A model generated the notes under the pieces. That model searched no databases. It was not told the DNA's origin and saw only the letters and a program-made list of their open reading frames with translations. A stretch of DNA of 64,000 nt from Spirochaetia bacterium (lineage in GTDB: Bacteria > Spirochaetota > Spirochaetia > CADAEX01), in assembly GCA_017554185.1 (NCBI GenBank), contig JAFZIU010000077.1, positions 182-64,181 on the forward strand, written 5' to 3'. A program made the position numbers and the translations under genes. Below are positions 53,139 to 62,538 of the stretch, piece after piece. Numbering within the stretch: position 1 is the first letter of the stretch; each line of letters begins with the position of its first letter.

Positions 53139-54842
53139 TCAGTACAGCTTCTTGATGAAGTTTGTAAGTCCTTTCTTTTCGGATCTATCATAGAAAGAAG
53201 CATATCCCGTAAGCTTATAATCAGGGGCAACTCCACCCTCAATATCAAAGAATGCACCATTCCTTACAGAGCTGAAAAGCCATGGGCTTGAGGTCTGGAA
53301 CAGGGATCCTGCCGCAGTGGATGTAAGATATACTGCACATGCGCCGCCGCCGGTCTTGTTTCCTATAAGTGTCACCTTGCCCGATTCGGCCAGCATAGAG
53401 GCCAGCAGGTTTCCGCAGGAGAAAGTGGTGCCGGAGATGATACAGAAGATGCGGCGGTCGCCTACATAGTCATCCGCTTCCCCGAATTTCCCGTCAAAGT
53501 TCACATCTGCTGTGTAGGATGTGGCAGACTGACAGTCGGTTATATTCCGGCGGACAGCCAGGGAGCTCTGCCCCAGAATCCAGCTGGCCACAAAGACCTC
53601 GGCATCCACAGAACCGCCTGTGTTGCAGGAAAGATCTATGACCACATTCTTTATCTTAGGGTTATTCTGTATCTCTTCGTTGGCATAGTGGATAAGGCCC
53701 ACAGTGTCAATTCCGCTGGAGGCAAAATCCTTTTCTACAGCACGCTTCTCCTTGCGGGTCAAGGGTTCTTCTGCATAGTTTCTGGAGCGGTCAAAGCTGA
53801 AATCATCAAAGGTAATGTATGCAGTATCACCCTTTTTCTGATATCCAGGAACTCCATCTGGGAAGAACTCCTGCCTTGCCTCAAGTCTTTCATGCAGATT
53901 CTGGACAAAGCTTTTAACAGATGGGCTTGGAACTATATCTATCCCTTCCCTATGCACTCCTGTATAAGGAGACCGGGCATGGAAAGCGCTGTGGAGGTCG
54001 CCGAAATACTTGTAGCAGATTTCTGCCAAAGCATAATCGCACTGGAACGGGTCGGTGGAAGAAAGCTTCTCGTCCAGCCCCAGCATTTCGAACCACTCCC
54101 TTATTTTAGTTATGTTATGGCTCTCGGCAAGGCCATAGTTGAGCTGCAGGTTAAGCCCCAGTTCCTTGTAGTTGAAATCAGCAAAATTCTCATCAAGCTG
54201 AGAAGGCTCTACAGAATAATACTTCTCTCCCAGCTCTGTAAGCTCTTCATCATAGGTTTTAATGCAGCTCTTGGAAGAGACAAAGAACAGGTTCTCGCCG
54301 TTGTAAAGCAGAGCTCCCAGGGACGCTATCCCGAAGACATCCGAGAAGGTCTGGAGAGGCATAAGACAGAGATTGCCAGCCCTGAATATATCGATGTTGA
54401 AGGTTCCATACTCCAGGGTAAGAGAACGCCCTCTGCTCTCAAAGCTTAACGGCTCGTGCTTGATGATGGTGTCATCAAGGACAATATCAAGGAGGGTAAC
54501 TGCATCGGGCTGCTTAAGGAACAGGTCATAGTCGGAAAAATAGATTTTCTCCTCCTCTACATTCACCTCAAGGAAGGCGCCGTTGGACCTGGTGACAACA
54601 ATGATTCCATCTTTGACCTCGGTGGTATATTCCCCTTCTCCATAGAGGAAAACCAGCCCATCCTGCAGGCTTACATAGGGTATTTTTCCAGTAGCGTCAG
54701 AAAAGAGCAGGTCGAGGGTTTCTGTATTCTCAAGGCTCTCTATAAATGCTGTTGTTGTCTGTGTATTAAAGGTAATATCCTGAGCCATAGCCGGCTGAAG
54801 GAACAGACATAATAGAAATACTGTCAAAAGGATACGCCGCAT
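53139..54842 (-). CDS. S41-family (C-terminal processing/tail-specific-like) peptidase, secreted
   Basis: VVIDLSCNTGGSVDAEVFVASW matches the S41 IDLRNNGGG...A region; the Lys is at NKTGGG. ATG at 54842 (MRRILLTVFLL signal) with GGAGG RBS. Confidence 0.6.
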   Translation of the reverse strand: MRRILLTVFLLCLFLQPAMAQDITFNTQTTTAFIESLENTETLDLLFSDATGKIPYVSLQDGLVFLYGEGEYTTEVKDGIIVVTRSNGAFLEVNVEEEKIYFSDYDLFLKQPDAVTLLDIVLDDTIIKHEPLSFESRGRSLTLEYGTFNIDIFRAGNLCLMPLQTFSDVFGIASLGALLYNGENLFFVSSKSCIKTYDEELTELGEKYYSVEPSQLDENFADFNYKELGLNLQLNYGLAESHNITKIREWFEMLGLDEKLSSTDPFQCDYALAEICYKYFGDLHSAFHARSPYTGVHREGIDIVPSPSVKSFVQNLHERLEARQEFFPDGVPGYQKKGDTAYITFDDFSFDRSRNYAEEPLTRKEKRAVEKDFASSGIDTVGLIHYANEEIQNNPKIKNVVIDLSCNTGGSVDAEVFVASWILGQSSLAVRRNITDCQSATSYTADVNFDGKFGEADDYVGDRRIFCIISGTTFSCGNLLASMLAESGKVTLIGNKTGGGACAVYLTSTAAGSLFQTSSPWLFSSVRNGAFFDIEGGVAPDYKLTGYASFYDRSEKKGLTNFIKKLY

Positions 54843-54960
54843 GAAAACCTCCAAAAAAAACAGCCAAGCAGACTGCATCACATTGGCTGCCGCTTACCGC
54901 TGCTACCTTCCGGTCCTGACGGGGTTGGGCGGAGCTCAATTGCACAGTGCCTGGCTGAAG

Positions 54961-55047
<87 letters not shown>

Positions 55048-55082
55048 AAAGGCTCGTACAGTTTATCCACAAAAAATGTAAA

Positions 55083-55111
55083 TTGTCAAGCGTATAATAA
55101 TTTGGTAATAT
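55083..55111 (+). promoter_or_regulatory. candidate promoter TTGTCA-N17-TAATAT ending 6 nt before the M23 peptidase ATG (possibly leaderless)
   Basis: Hexamers read by eye. Confidence 0.35.
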
Positions 55112-55117
55112 ATAAGA

Positions 55118-56275
55118 ATGAGGCATGTTCTGGCAAAATGCATCATCATCCTTTCCTTGCTGCTCCCGGCACTGCTGCTATCGGCCGAAGAAAAAGAACT
55201 CAAAGTCCCCAAGGGGGGAAACCTCTCGACCATGCTGAAAAACGAGGGAATTCCGGGCCAGCAGATACTGGATGTCACCAAAGCCCTCTCTGCCCACTAC
55301 AACCTTAAGCATATATATCCTAACCAGAAGATACTTATAAAGACAGAGGATGATCCCGAGGTACGCCTTATGGAGCTGCGCCTTTCTGCCGACTTTGACA
55401 AGGATATAGTTGTCAAGTACAACGGATATGCCTACGAATCCTACCCCGAGATGCTCTCCCTCAGGATGGTGCCTGTTGCGGCCGAAGGTTCGATAGAGAG
55501 CAGCTTCTACAACGATATGTCGGCAGCCGGAGTAGCAGGAGCCAAGATAATGGAACTGTTCAGGATTTTCTCTTTTGATGTGGATTTCCAGCGTGATATC
55601 CGCAAGGGGGACAAGTTCAAGGTGCTCTACTACGATTTTATAAAGGATGACGGCACCGTGGTGAAGCATGGCCCTCTGGCATTTGCATCCCTCAAGACCA
55701 ATTTCTCTGATGTGAATCTGTACGGATTTGTAACTGACAGCAATGAATACGACTATTACAGCTCGGAAGGAAAGAGTGTGCGGAAAACCCTGCTCAAGAC
55801 CCCGGTGGCCAATGCAAGAATCTCTTCCACCTATGGCATGAGGACAAACCCGGTATACGGCTACGAGTCATTCCACAAGGGGCTTGATTTCGCAGCACCC
55901 CTCAACTCACCCATCCTGGCATCGGGAAGCGGCACCGTGGAACTGGCCGGCTGGTTCGATATCTATGGGAATTGTATAATTCTGAGGCACAACAACGGGT
56001 ACAAGACCCTGTATGGCCACATGAACGCCTACGGCAAAGGAATAAAGAAAGGGGTGAGGGTAAAGCAGGGGCAGGTGATCGGCTATATAGGCTCCACCGG
56101 AATGTCCACAGGACCGCATCTGCACTATGAGGTCATACTCAATGATGTGAAGATAAACCCGGCATCGGTCAAGTCGCCGCCGGAACGGAATCTGACCAAG
56201 AACGAGATGGAGCGGTTTACAAAGCGCAAGGCCCAGATTGACGAGCTTTTCGAGAACTTGAAGAAAAAGGATTAA
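55118..56275 (+). CDS. M23 family (LytM-type) peptidoglycan DD-metalloendopeptidase
   Basis: HKGLDFAAP ... GSTGMSTGPHLHYEV Zn-binding motifs. Signal peptide. Confidence 0.85.
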   Translation: MRHVLAKCIIILSLLLPALLLSAEEKELKVPKGGNLSTMLKNEGIPGQQILDVTKALSAHYNLKHIYPNQKILIKTEDDPEVRLMELRLSADFDKDIVVKYNGYAYESYPEMLSLRMVPVAAEGSIESSFYNDMSAAGVAGAKIMELFRIFSFDVDFQRDIRKGDKFKVLYYDFIKDDGTVVKHGPLAFASLKTNFSDVNLYGFVTDSNEYDYYSSEGKSVRKTLLKTPVANARISSTYGMRTNPVYGYESFHKGLDFAAPLNSPILASGSGTVELAGWFDIYGNCIILRHNNGYKTLYGHMNAYGKGIKKGVRVKQGQVIGYIGSTGMSTGPHLHYEVILNDVKINPASVKSPPERNLTKNEMERFTKRKAQIDELFENLKKKD

Positions 56276-56292
56276 ACAGGTATAGTGATTTT

Positions 56293-56508
56293 ATGACACC
56301 ATTATTCAAAATGTTACTTGGCTGTGTGCTTATCACAGTTTCAATGATAGGATTCCTTATGGAATTCAAGGCCTTTCCCCATAACCCCAAGAACCCTGAA
56401 TGGTGGGATGCATTTCATGCCAAGCATCTGCGCCAGATCCGTCTGGCCGGACGTATGTGCCTGCTTCTGGGCCTTACTTTCCTGCTCTATGCTTACCACA
56501 AGTACTGA
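56293..56508 (+). CDS. small 2-TM membrane protein (71 aa)
   Basis: ORF-track ORF. Hydrophobic helices. Confidence 0.35.
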   Translation: MTPLFKMLLGCVLITVSMIGFLMEFKAFPHNPKNPEWWDAFHAKHLRQIRLAGRMCLLLGLTFLLYAYHKY

Positions 56509-58584
56509 TCAGGGACTTATCTTCTCAAGCTTAGTATAGTTGGTCAGGAACCGTGCATACTGGCCGGTCTCAAACCGCACCACAACCACAGGCTCGCCAG
56601 CCTCGACCCAGCTTTTTACAATTACACCTACTCCGTAATCGTCCCGATAAATGTAGTCGCCTATTCTGTATCCTGTGCCAGCTCTTCCTTTGGAATGACT
56701 GCCGCCTCTGACATCAAGATATTCAGATGGAATCTCGTCCAGGAAGCGGGATGGGCTGCAGAACTGGGACTTACCCCATATCATCCGCTGGCGGCAGGAG
56801 GTCATGTAGAGCTCATTTCTGGCCCTGGTTATGCTTACGTAGAAGATGCGCCGTTCCTCCTCGATCTCCTCCTCGTCCTCGGCGCCCCGGCCGGGGAAGA
56901 GCTCGTCCTCAAGGCCTGTTATTATGACACGGTCAAATTCAAGCCCTTTGGTGTTGTGCATTGTTATAAGGGTTACACGGGCGTTCTCGTCGGTCTGTGC
57001 AGCACCGGTATCAAGTTCTATGTTCTCGAGGAACTGGGTTATTCCCTCTGAACCGGCCGGGAATTCGGCGGCAGCGTTGGAAAGCTCTCTTAGGTTATCG
57101 GCCTTGAAGGTTCCCTCCGCCTTGTCCTCGTCCCTGTAGTACTCAAGGAGGCCGGAGCTGCGGAGTATCTCGTTTATCAGGCCGGAGAGGTTTTCGTCCG
57201 GCTGGGCAAGCTGGGTGGACAGCCCGGAATATACTTCCAGGAACTCCTCAAGGGCTGCCTTGCTCTTCCCCTTGCTGCCTTCCACATAGGCCTTGAGCCT
57301 GGTGGCTATGTCTTCCCCTTCTGACGCCAGGATCTTGTCTACAGTAGCCTTGCCGATGCCCCGTGCCGGCTTGTTTATTATACGCTGGAACGAAATCTGG
57401 TCCTTTGGGTTCACCAGGAAGGCCATCCAGGCCAGGGTGTCCTTTATCTCTTCCCGCTCGTAGAACCGCAGGGAACCCACTATGCGATAGGGTATGGCAA
57501 GCCGTGTGAACACCGACTCGAAAAGCCGGGACTGGGCATTGGTGCGGTACAGGATGGCGGTCTCCACTTTGTCCTTGGCCACCAGGCTGGCGCAGTACTC
57601 GGCCTCCTCCTGGGCTGTGTTGAAGTAGCTTAGTACTGGCTTCTGCCCTCCCTTCCGGGCTGTCCACAGTCTCTTGCCCAGCCGGCCTCTGTTCTTATCC
57701 ACCACTGCGCTGGCCAGATTGAGTATAGGGGCGGTGGAGCGGTAGTTCTGCTCCAGCTTTATAACCTTGGTGCCGCTGAAGTACTCCGGGAACCCTATTA
57801 TGTTCTGCACCTCGGCACCCCGGAATTTGTATATGGACTGGTCGTCGTCCCCCACCACTGTAAGGCTCCTGCCGTCACCGGCCAGCAGCTTCAGAAGCTC
57901 AAACTGGGCAATGTTCGAGTCCTGGTACTCGTCCACCAGTATGACCTGGAACTTCCGGGAAAGGCGTTCCCGTATCTCCCTGTTGTTCTTTAAGAGCTCC
58001 ACCGCCTTAAGGATAAGGTCGCCGAAGTCTACATTGCCAATGGAATCAAGCTTCTCCTGATAAGCCTTGTATACAGCCGGAAAATCAGGGTCAAAAGTAA
58101 CTGTTGTCAGATCGTCATCCGGCCCAAGGCCAAAGTCCTTGGCCCTGCTTATCAGGTTGGCATAAAGCTTCATATCCCGCTTGGAACCGCCCTTCTCCAG
58201 GCTCTTCAGAAGAGAGACCATGTCGGAGTCGTCGTAGATGGAGAAACTGGGGGAAAGGCCGGCATACTCGCTGTTCCGCCTGAGTATCCAGGCTCCGAAG
58301 GAATGGAAGGTGCGGATCATCGGAAGCTCGTATGACTTCATATCCCCGGTGTAGCCAAGGAAGTTTGCCACCCTTTCTCGCATCTCCCCTGCTGCTTTGT
58401 TTGTAAAGGTTACAGCCAGTATGGAGGACGGCAGGGCGCCGCAGTGCTCCACCAGATATGCAATCTTGGAGGTTATCACCCGGGTTTTCCCCGAGCCTGC
58501 GCCGGCCAGAATCAGAAGAGGATGCCCCTGATTCACCACCGCTTCATATTGTTTTGGATTCAGCTTCTCAAGATAATCCGACAT
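56509..58584 (-). CDS. uvrD: ATP-dependent DNA helicase UvrD/PcrA
   Basis: Walker A AGAGSGKT and the UvrD helicase motifs. Confidence 0.9.
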   Translation of the reverse strand: MSDYLEKLNPKQYEAVVNQGHPLLILAGAGSGKTRVITSKIAYLVEHCGALPSSILAVTFTNKAAGEMRERVANFLGYTGDMKSYELPMIRTFHSFGAWILRRNSEYAGLSPSFSIYDDSDMVSLLKSLEKGGSKRDMKLYANLISRAKDFGLGPDDDLTTVTFDPDFPAVYKAYQEKLDSIGNVDFGDLILKAVELLKNNREIRERLSRKFQVILVDEYQDSNIAQFELLKLLAGDGRSLTVVGDDDQSIYKFRGAEVQNIIGFPEYFSGTKVIKLEQNYRSTAPILNLASAVVDKNRGRLGKRLWTARKGGQKPVLSYFNTAQEEAEYCASLVAKDKVETAILYRTNAQSRLFESVFTRLAIPYRIVGSLRFYEREEIKDTLAWMAFLVNPKDQISFQRIINKPARGIGKATVDKILASEGEDIATRLKAYVEGSKGKSKAALEEFLEVYSGLSTQLAQPDENLSGLINEILRSSGLLEYYRDEDKAEGTFKADNLRELSNAAAEFPAGSEGITQFLENIELDTGAAQTDENARVTLITMHNTKGLEFDRVIITGLEDELFPGRGAEDEEEIEEERRIFYVSITRARNELYMTSCRQRMIWGKSQFCSPSRFLDEIPSEYLDVRGGSHSKGRAGTGYRIGDYIYRDDYGVGVIVKSWVEAGEPVVVVRFETGQYARFLTNYTKLEKISP

Positions 58585-59899
58585 CTACTGCTTCCAGATC
58601 TATGTTGTTCCTTTTTATCACTTTTGCCCGGACTACATCCCCCGGCTTTATGCTGCCGGACATAGCCCGACCGCTATGCAGGATAACAGCTCCGTCCACC
58701 TCGGGAGCATTCATATATCCCCGTCCCAAGGCTATTTCTTCTTCGGCTATGACTTCCTCCACCAGCACCTCAATCTCCCTGCCTGTATAGGATTCAAGCC
58801 TTTTTTCGGTGATGCGGTTCTGCAGATCCTGTGCCTGCTCCTTCCTAAGCCCTGCTGTTGCTATAGGCACTTTGTCCTTGAAACCGAAGGCCTTGGTTCC
58901 CTCTTCCCTTGAATATGTGAAGAAACCGCACCAGTCAAGCTGTGCCTCCTCAAGGAATTCCATAAGACACTGGAAATCAGAATCTTTCTCGCCGGGAAAT
59001 CCCAGCATTATTGTGGAGCGGATAACGCTTTCCGGCAGTGCCTTGCGGATAGAAGCAATCAGCTTAAGGTATTTCTCATTGTTTCCCTTTCTCCCCATTG
59101 CCTTCAGAATAGGCTCCGATGCATGCTGGAAGGGAATGTCAAAGTAAGGAATCAGCCGGCTGTCCTTTTTAAACAAAGGCAGAATCGAAGGATTGAATTT
59201 ATCAGGATGCATGTACAGAAGCCTAATCCGAAAGTCCCCCTTAAGACGGCAGATCCGCCTAAGCAGATATATCAGATCCTGTCCGATGTCGGTACCCCAG
59301 GAAGCAAGGTCCTGGCTTACCAGGTTTATCTCGAAGAAGCCTTTTTTAACAAAGCTCTTGATCTCTTTCATTATGATGTCGGCTGGAATGCTCCTGAGCT
59401 GCCCCCTGATAAGGGGGATGGCACAGTAGGTGCAGTTGTTGTTGCACCCTTCTGCAATCTTTATGTAGGTGCTCCGCGGGAATGTGAACAGTGTACTCCG
59501 TTCCACAAAGCAGTCTTGCGATGGCAGCTTGGGGCTTACAAGTCTGGTTTTCCCTTTGACAATTTTCTCAACAGCATCGGGAATTGCATACAGGTCGCGG
59601 TTTCCCACAAAGCCGTCGGCTTCACTCATCTCGTCGGAAAGCTCCTTTCCATACCGCTGGGCAAGGCATCCTGCTGCTATCACAATCTTATCCGGATAGC
59701 TGCTTTTGCAGTTAAGGATTGTGTTTATAGATTCCTCTTTCGCATCATTTATAAAGCCGCAGGTGTTGATTATGACAACATCAGCATGCTCAAGATCGGT
59801 GTACTTCCAGCCCTTCTGCTCCATGAGGGCAAGGACAGTCTCCCCATCCACCTGGTTTTTGGAACATCCCAGGTTAACGATATAAAAAGTTTTTTTCAA
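58568..59899 (-). CDS. rimO: ribosomal protein S12 methylthiotransferase RimO (radical SAM MTTase with TRAM domain)
   Basis: N-terminal Cys triad (NLGCSKN, NTCGF), radical SAM CNNNCTYC, C-terminal TRAM. Confidence 0.8.
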   Translation of the reverse strand: MKKTFYIVNLGCSKNQVDGETVLALMEQKGWKYTDLEHADVVIINTCGFINDAKEESINTILNCKSSYPDKIVIAAGCLAQRYGKELSDEMSEADGFVGNRDLYAIPDAVEKIVKGKTRLVSPKLPSQDCFVERSTLFTFPRSTYIKIAEGCNNNCTYCAIPLIRGQLRSIPADIIMKEIKSFVKKGFFEINLVSQDLASWGTDIGQDLIYLLRRICRLKGDFRIRLLYMHPDKFNPSILPLFKKDSRLIPYFDIPFQHASEPILKAMGRKGNNEKYLKLIASIRKALPESVIRSTIMLGFPGEKDSDFQCLMEFLEEAQLDWCGFFTYSREEGTKAFGFKDKVPIATAGLRKEQAQDLQNRITEKRLESYTGREIEVLVEEVIAEEEIALGRGYMNAPEVDGAVILHSGRAMSGSIKPGDVVRAKVIKRNNIDLEAVDVGLS

Positions 59900-59907
59900 A
59901 TTTCACC

Positions 59908-60990
59908 TCAGTGTGTCGAGACAATTGAAAGATTGAAGGATTTGTCTGCTGTCTCTTCCCAGCCGATCTTCTCGGATGTCACATCACCCTTGTTTCCAAG
60001 AGAAATCTCTGCATCAGCTATAAGAATCCTGGCATTGCCGGCATTGGAAAGCCATACCTTGACCTCGTCGGTCACCTCAAGGCGAACCTGCTCTCCTGCC
60101 TTATAGTATTTTTCTGCACTTTTGCTGCTGTCTGCCTGATACCGGAACATACATGGGCCGCTGAAGTTCACCTCCATGGCAAAGTTCCGTTTCACAGGGG
60201 ATGCAAGCACTGTCACGCTTCCCTTGTCATGCATTATTACAGATTCCGGCTTGGGCGCGATGGCAATCGATGGAAGCGGCGGCGGCACAGGAGCCTCTAT
60301 AGCCCGGTCTATCCGTATGATTGCAGTCCTGGCCTCCGGGTTCACATCCTTAAGTGTGACCTTCACATCGTTCCTGGAGTCTCCGTTCAAGTCTAAAAGC
60401 TTCTCCTGGCCGGGAGACAGCACTACATTGCCACCCTCGGTTCCAAGCACCACAGATGCACCCACTGCCTTGCATACAATCTCGGAAGAGGTATCTCCAA
60501 GCTGCACCTGCACTATATCGTTCTCGGTAAACGAGCGCTCAAAAAGCACTTCGTTCATCACATATACATTTGTCTTCTGCTCTTCCTGTGCAACAGGTTC
60601 CGCTGCACTCTCCTGCACTTTTCTGCCCGAGAAGATGAACCACACTGCAATTCCCATGACAACCAGGAACACAAGGATAAGGACAAGAGGGGTAATATTC
60701 TTTTTTTCAGTCATTACAACCGGAGCTTTTGTCTTCTGGGCCGGAGCTGATTTCTCCTCCTCTGGAATTCCCTTGAACATGGCCACCAGATGTCTGCTGT
60801 CAAGCCCATAATAGCGGGCAAGAGAGCCTATAAAACCTGTACAGTAAGCCTCGCCCGGCAGATCCTGGAACCTGTTTTCCTCTATAGCCTGAACATAGCC
60901 GGGCAGGATATGGGTATCGGATGAAACCTGATTAACAGGGAGGTTCTTCTCCTCTCTGGCTGCTTTAAGAATTGCACCTACAGAATCCAT
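59908..60990 (-). CDS. RodZ-like cytoskeleton protein (N-terminal HTH, TM, C-terminal DUF4115-like)
   Basis: HTH_25-like N-terminus, a single TM (ITPLVLILVFLVVMGIAVWFIF) and a periplasmic beta-rich domain. Confidence 0.55.
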   Translation of the reverse strand: MDSVGAILKAAREEKNLPVNQVSSDTHILPGYVQAIEENRFQDLPGEAYCTGFIGSLARYYGLDSRHLVAMFKGIPEEEKSAPAQKTKAPVVMTEKKNITPLVLILVFLVVMGIAVWFIFSGRKVQESAAEPVAQEEQKTNVYVMNEVLFERSFTENDIVQVQLGDTSSEIVCKAVGASVVLGTEGGNVVLSPGQEKLLDLNGDSRNDVKVTLKDVNPEARTAIIRIDRAIEAPVPPPLPSIAIAPKPESVIMHDKGSVTVLASPVKRNFAMEVNFSGPCMFRYQADSSKSAEKYYKAGEQVRLEVTDEVKVWLSNAGNARILIADAEISLGNKGDVTSEKIGWEETADKSFNLSIVSTH

Positions 60991-60993
60991 GTA

Positions 60994-61704
60994 TCACTCA
61001 GCCTCGAAAAGGAAGTTCTCAAATACATTGGCACTGGCCGGAGAATCATATTCAAACCGGGTTTCCGGAATACCTTCGTTGGTCTTTATATCGGTAAAGT
61101 CGAACTGCATCTCCTGATAATCGGCAGACACACATATCATGCGCCGTATAAGATTGTTCTCGCCAACACACATGATAAGCTGACGGAAGCCTTCATCAGC
61201 AGTCTTCCATACAAACTTAAGCTTTATGACCATCTCTTCGCTGCTTTCATCAAGCGGTACAAAATCAGGGCTTTCAAGATATGCGACAGTATAATTCTGC
61301 TTCAAGATCTTAAGACCTTCTCTGCTTGCCATCCCGGCGCCGGAAACACCGCCTTTCTTCTTAAGCTTCTGCTGCATGATTACACGGTATTTCGGGATAT
61401 AGATGACCAGCTTCTCCTTGTCCACCACCAGAACCTGTTCCTTGGGGTTGTCAAAATTAATCCTGAGGAGCGACGGGGTCTTGTAATATATAATGCCAGT
61501 CATCTTCTCCTTGCCTTTGGAAATGGCCACATTTGCCTCGTAATCATCAATTGTACCGTACTGGGCAGAAACTATGTTGAGGAATTCGTTTGCTGTGACA
61601 ATCCGCGCCGGATCCTGTGTCTCCTGTGCAGAAGAGAAAAGCACTGGGAATATAATCAGACAGATAAAAATAAAATACTTTTTCACATATATTAGTTTAT
61701 TCAT
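60994..61704 (-). CDS. LolA-like outer-membrane lipoprotein carrier/sorting protein
   Basis: Signal peptide plus LolA-like fold. Low confidence on exact family. Confidence 0.45.
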   Translation of the reverse strand: MNKLIYVKKYFIFICLIIFPVLFSSAQETQDPARIVTANEFLNIVSAQYGTIDDYEANVAISKGKEKMTGIIYYKTPSLLRINFDNPKEQVLVVDKEKLVIYIPKYRVIMQQKLKKKGGVSGAGMASREGLKILKQNYTVAYLESPDFVPLDESSEEMVIKLKFVWKTADEGFRQLIMCVGENNLIRRMICVSADYQEMQFDFTDIKTNEGIPETRFEYDSPASANVFENFLFEAE

Positions 61705-62474
61705 AGAATATGGTTTGTCAAGGTTAGAGCCGAAAGTTCCTGCTCGGTCAGCTCCCTATAACTGCCCGGTGCAAGCGCAGGGTCCAGGCTCAGATGATTA
61801 ATGCTGATGCGCTTGAGGAATGTGACCCGGTTCCCCAGGGCTGCAAATATCCGCTTGACCTCGTGATAAAGCCCTTCGTAAATTGTAAGCCGGCAGGTGT
61901 TACCACTATCCCACTCAAGCTTTCCGCCCCTGCAGACAGCTCCCGGCTCATGATCTTCCGGCGGTATCTCCACACCGGCAGCTACAGCTTCGGCATACTG
62001 CTTCTGCCCTGCCTCTGAGACTGCATTCTCAAGCTTCACAAAATAGGTTTTTGGTATGCGGTGCTTTGGAGAAGTAAGCCGGTGGTTAAGCTCTCCGTCT
62101 GTGGTCAGTATCAGAAGCCCCTCGGTATCCAGGTCAAGACGGCCTACAATGCCTAGCTCGCCTCCCAGCCTTTTACCCTTGTCTGCATCTTCCAGCAGGT
62201 CGAACACTGTGGAATGAGCACCCCCTTTGGAGGAGCAGACATACCCTGCCGGTTTGTTCATCATATAGTACACATGAACCGCAATCTTAAGAGGCTGACC
62301 ATCAACTTCGATTCTGTCCCGAGAAAGATTTATATGGATATCAGTGCGCCCTGCAGGTACCCCGTTCACAGTCACCAGACCATCCCTGACCAGAGCCTTC
62401 ACGTCGCTGCGGGAGCCATATCCGCTGTTTGCCAGAAGCCGGTCAAGCCGCACTTTTTCCTCAATCTTTCCCAT
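61701..62474 (-). CDS. rsuA: RsuA/RluB family rRNA pseudouridine synthase
   Basis: S4 domain RLDRLLANSGYGSRS and catalytic GRLDLDTEGLLILT. Confidence 0.8.
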   Translation of the reverse strand: MGKIEEKVRLDRLLANSGYGSRSDVKALVRDGLVTVNGVPAGRTDIHINLSRDRIEVDGQPLKIAVHVYYMMNKPAGYVCSSKGGAHSTVFDLLEDADKGKRLGGELGIVGRLDLDTEGLLILTTDGELNHRLTSPKHRIPKTYFVKLENAVSEAGQKQYAEAVAAGVEIPPEDHEPGAVCRGGKLEWDSGNTCRLTIYEGLYHEVKRIFAALGNRVTFLKRISINHLSLDPALAPGSYRELTEQELSALTLTNHIL

Positions 62475-62503
62475 ACTTTTATTATAACATATTGACTTGC
62501 CAG

Positions 62504-62532
62504 TTGACAGACCATTTTTTTAAACTTACAAT
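62504..62532 (+). promoter_or_regulatory. strong sigma70-like promoter TTGACA-N17-TACAAT ending 6 nt before the helicase ATG (leaderless mRNA candidate)
   Basis: Consensus -35, good -10 and 17-nt spacer. ATG at 62539. Confidence 0.5.
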
Positions 62533-62538
62533 TTTTGA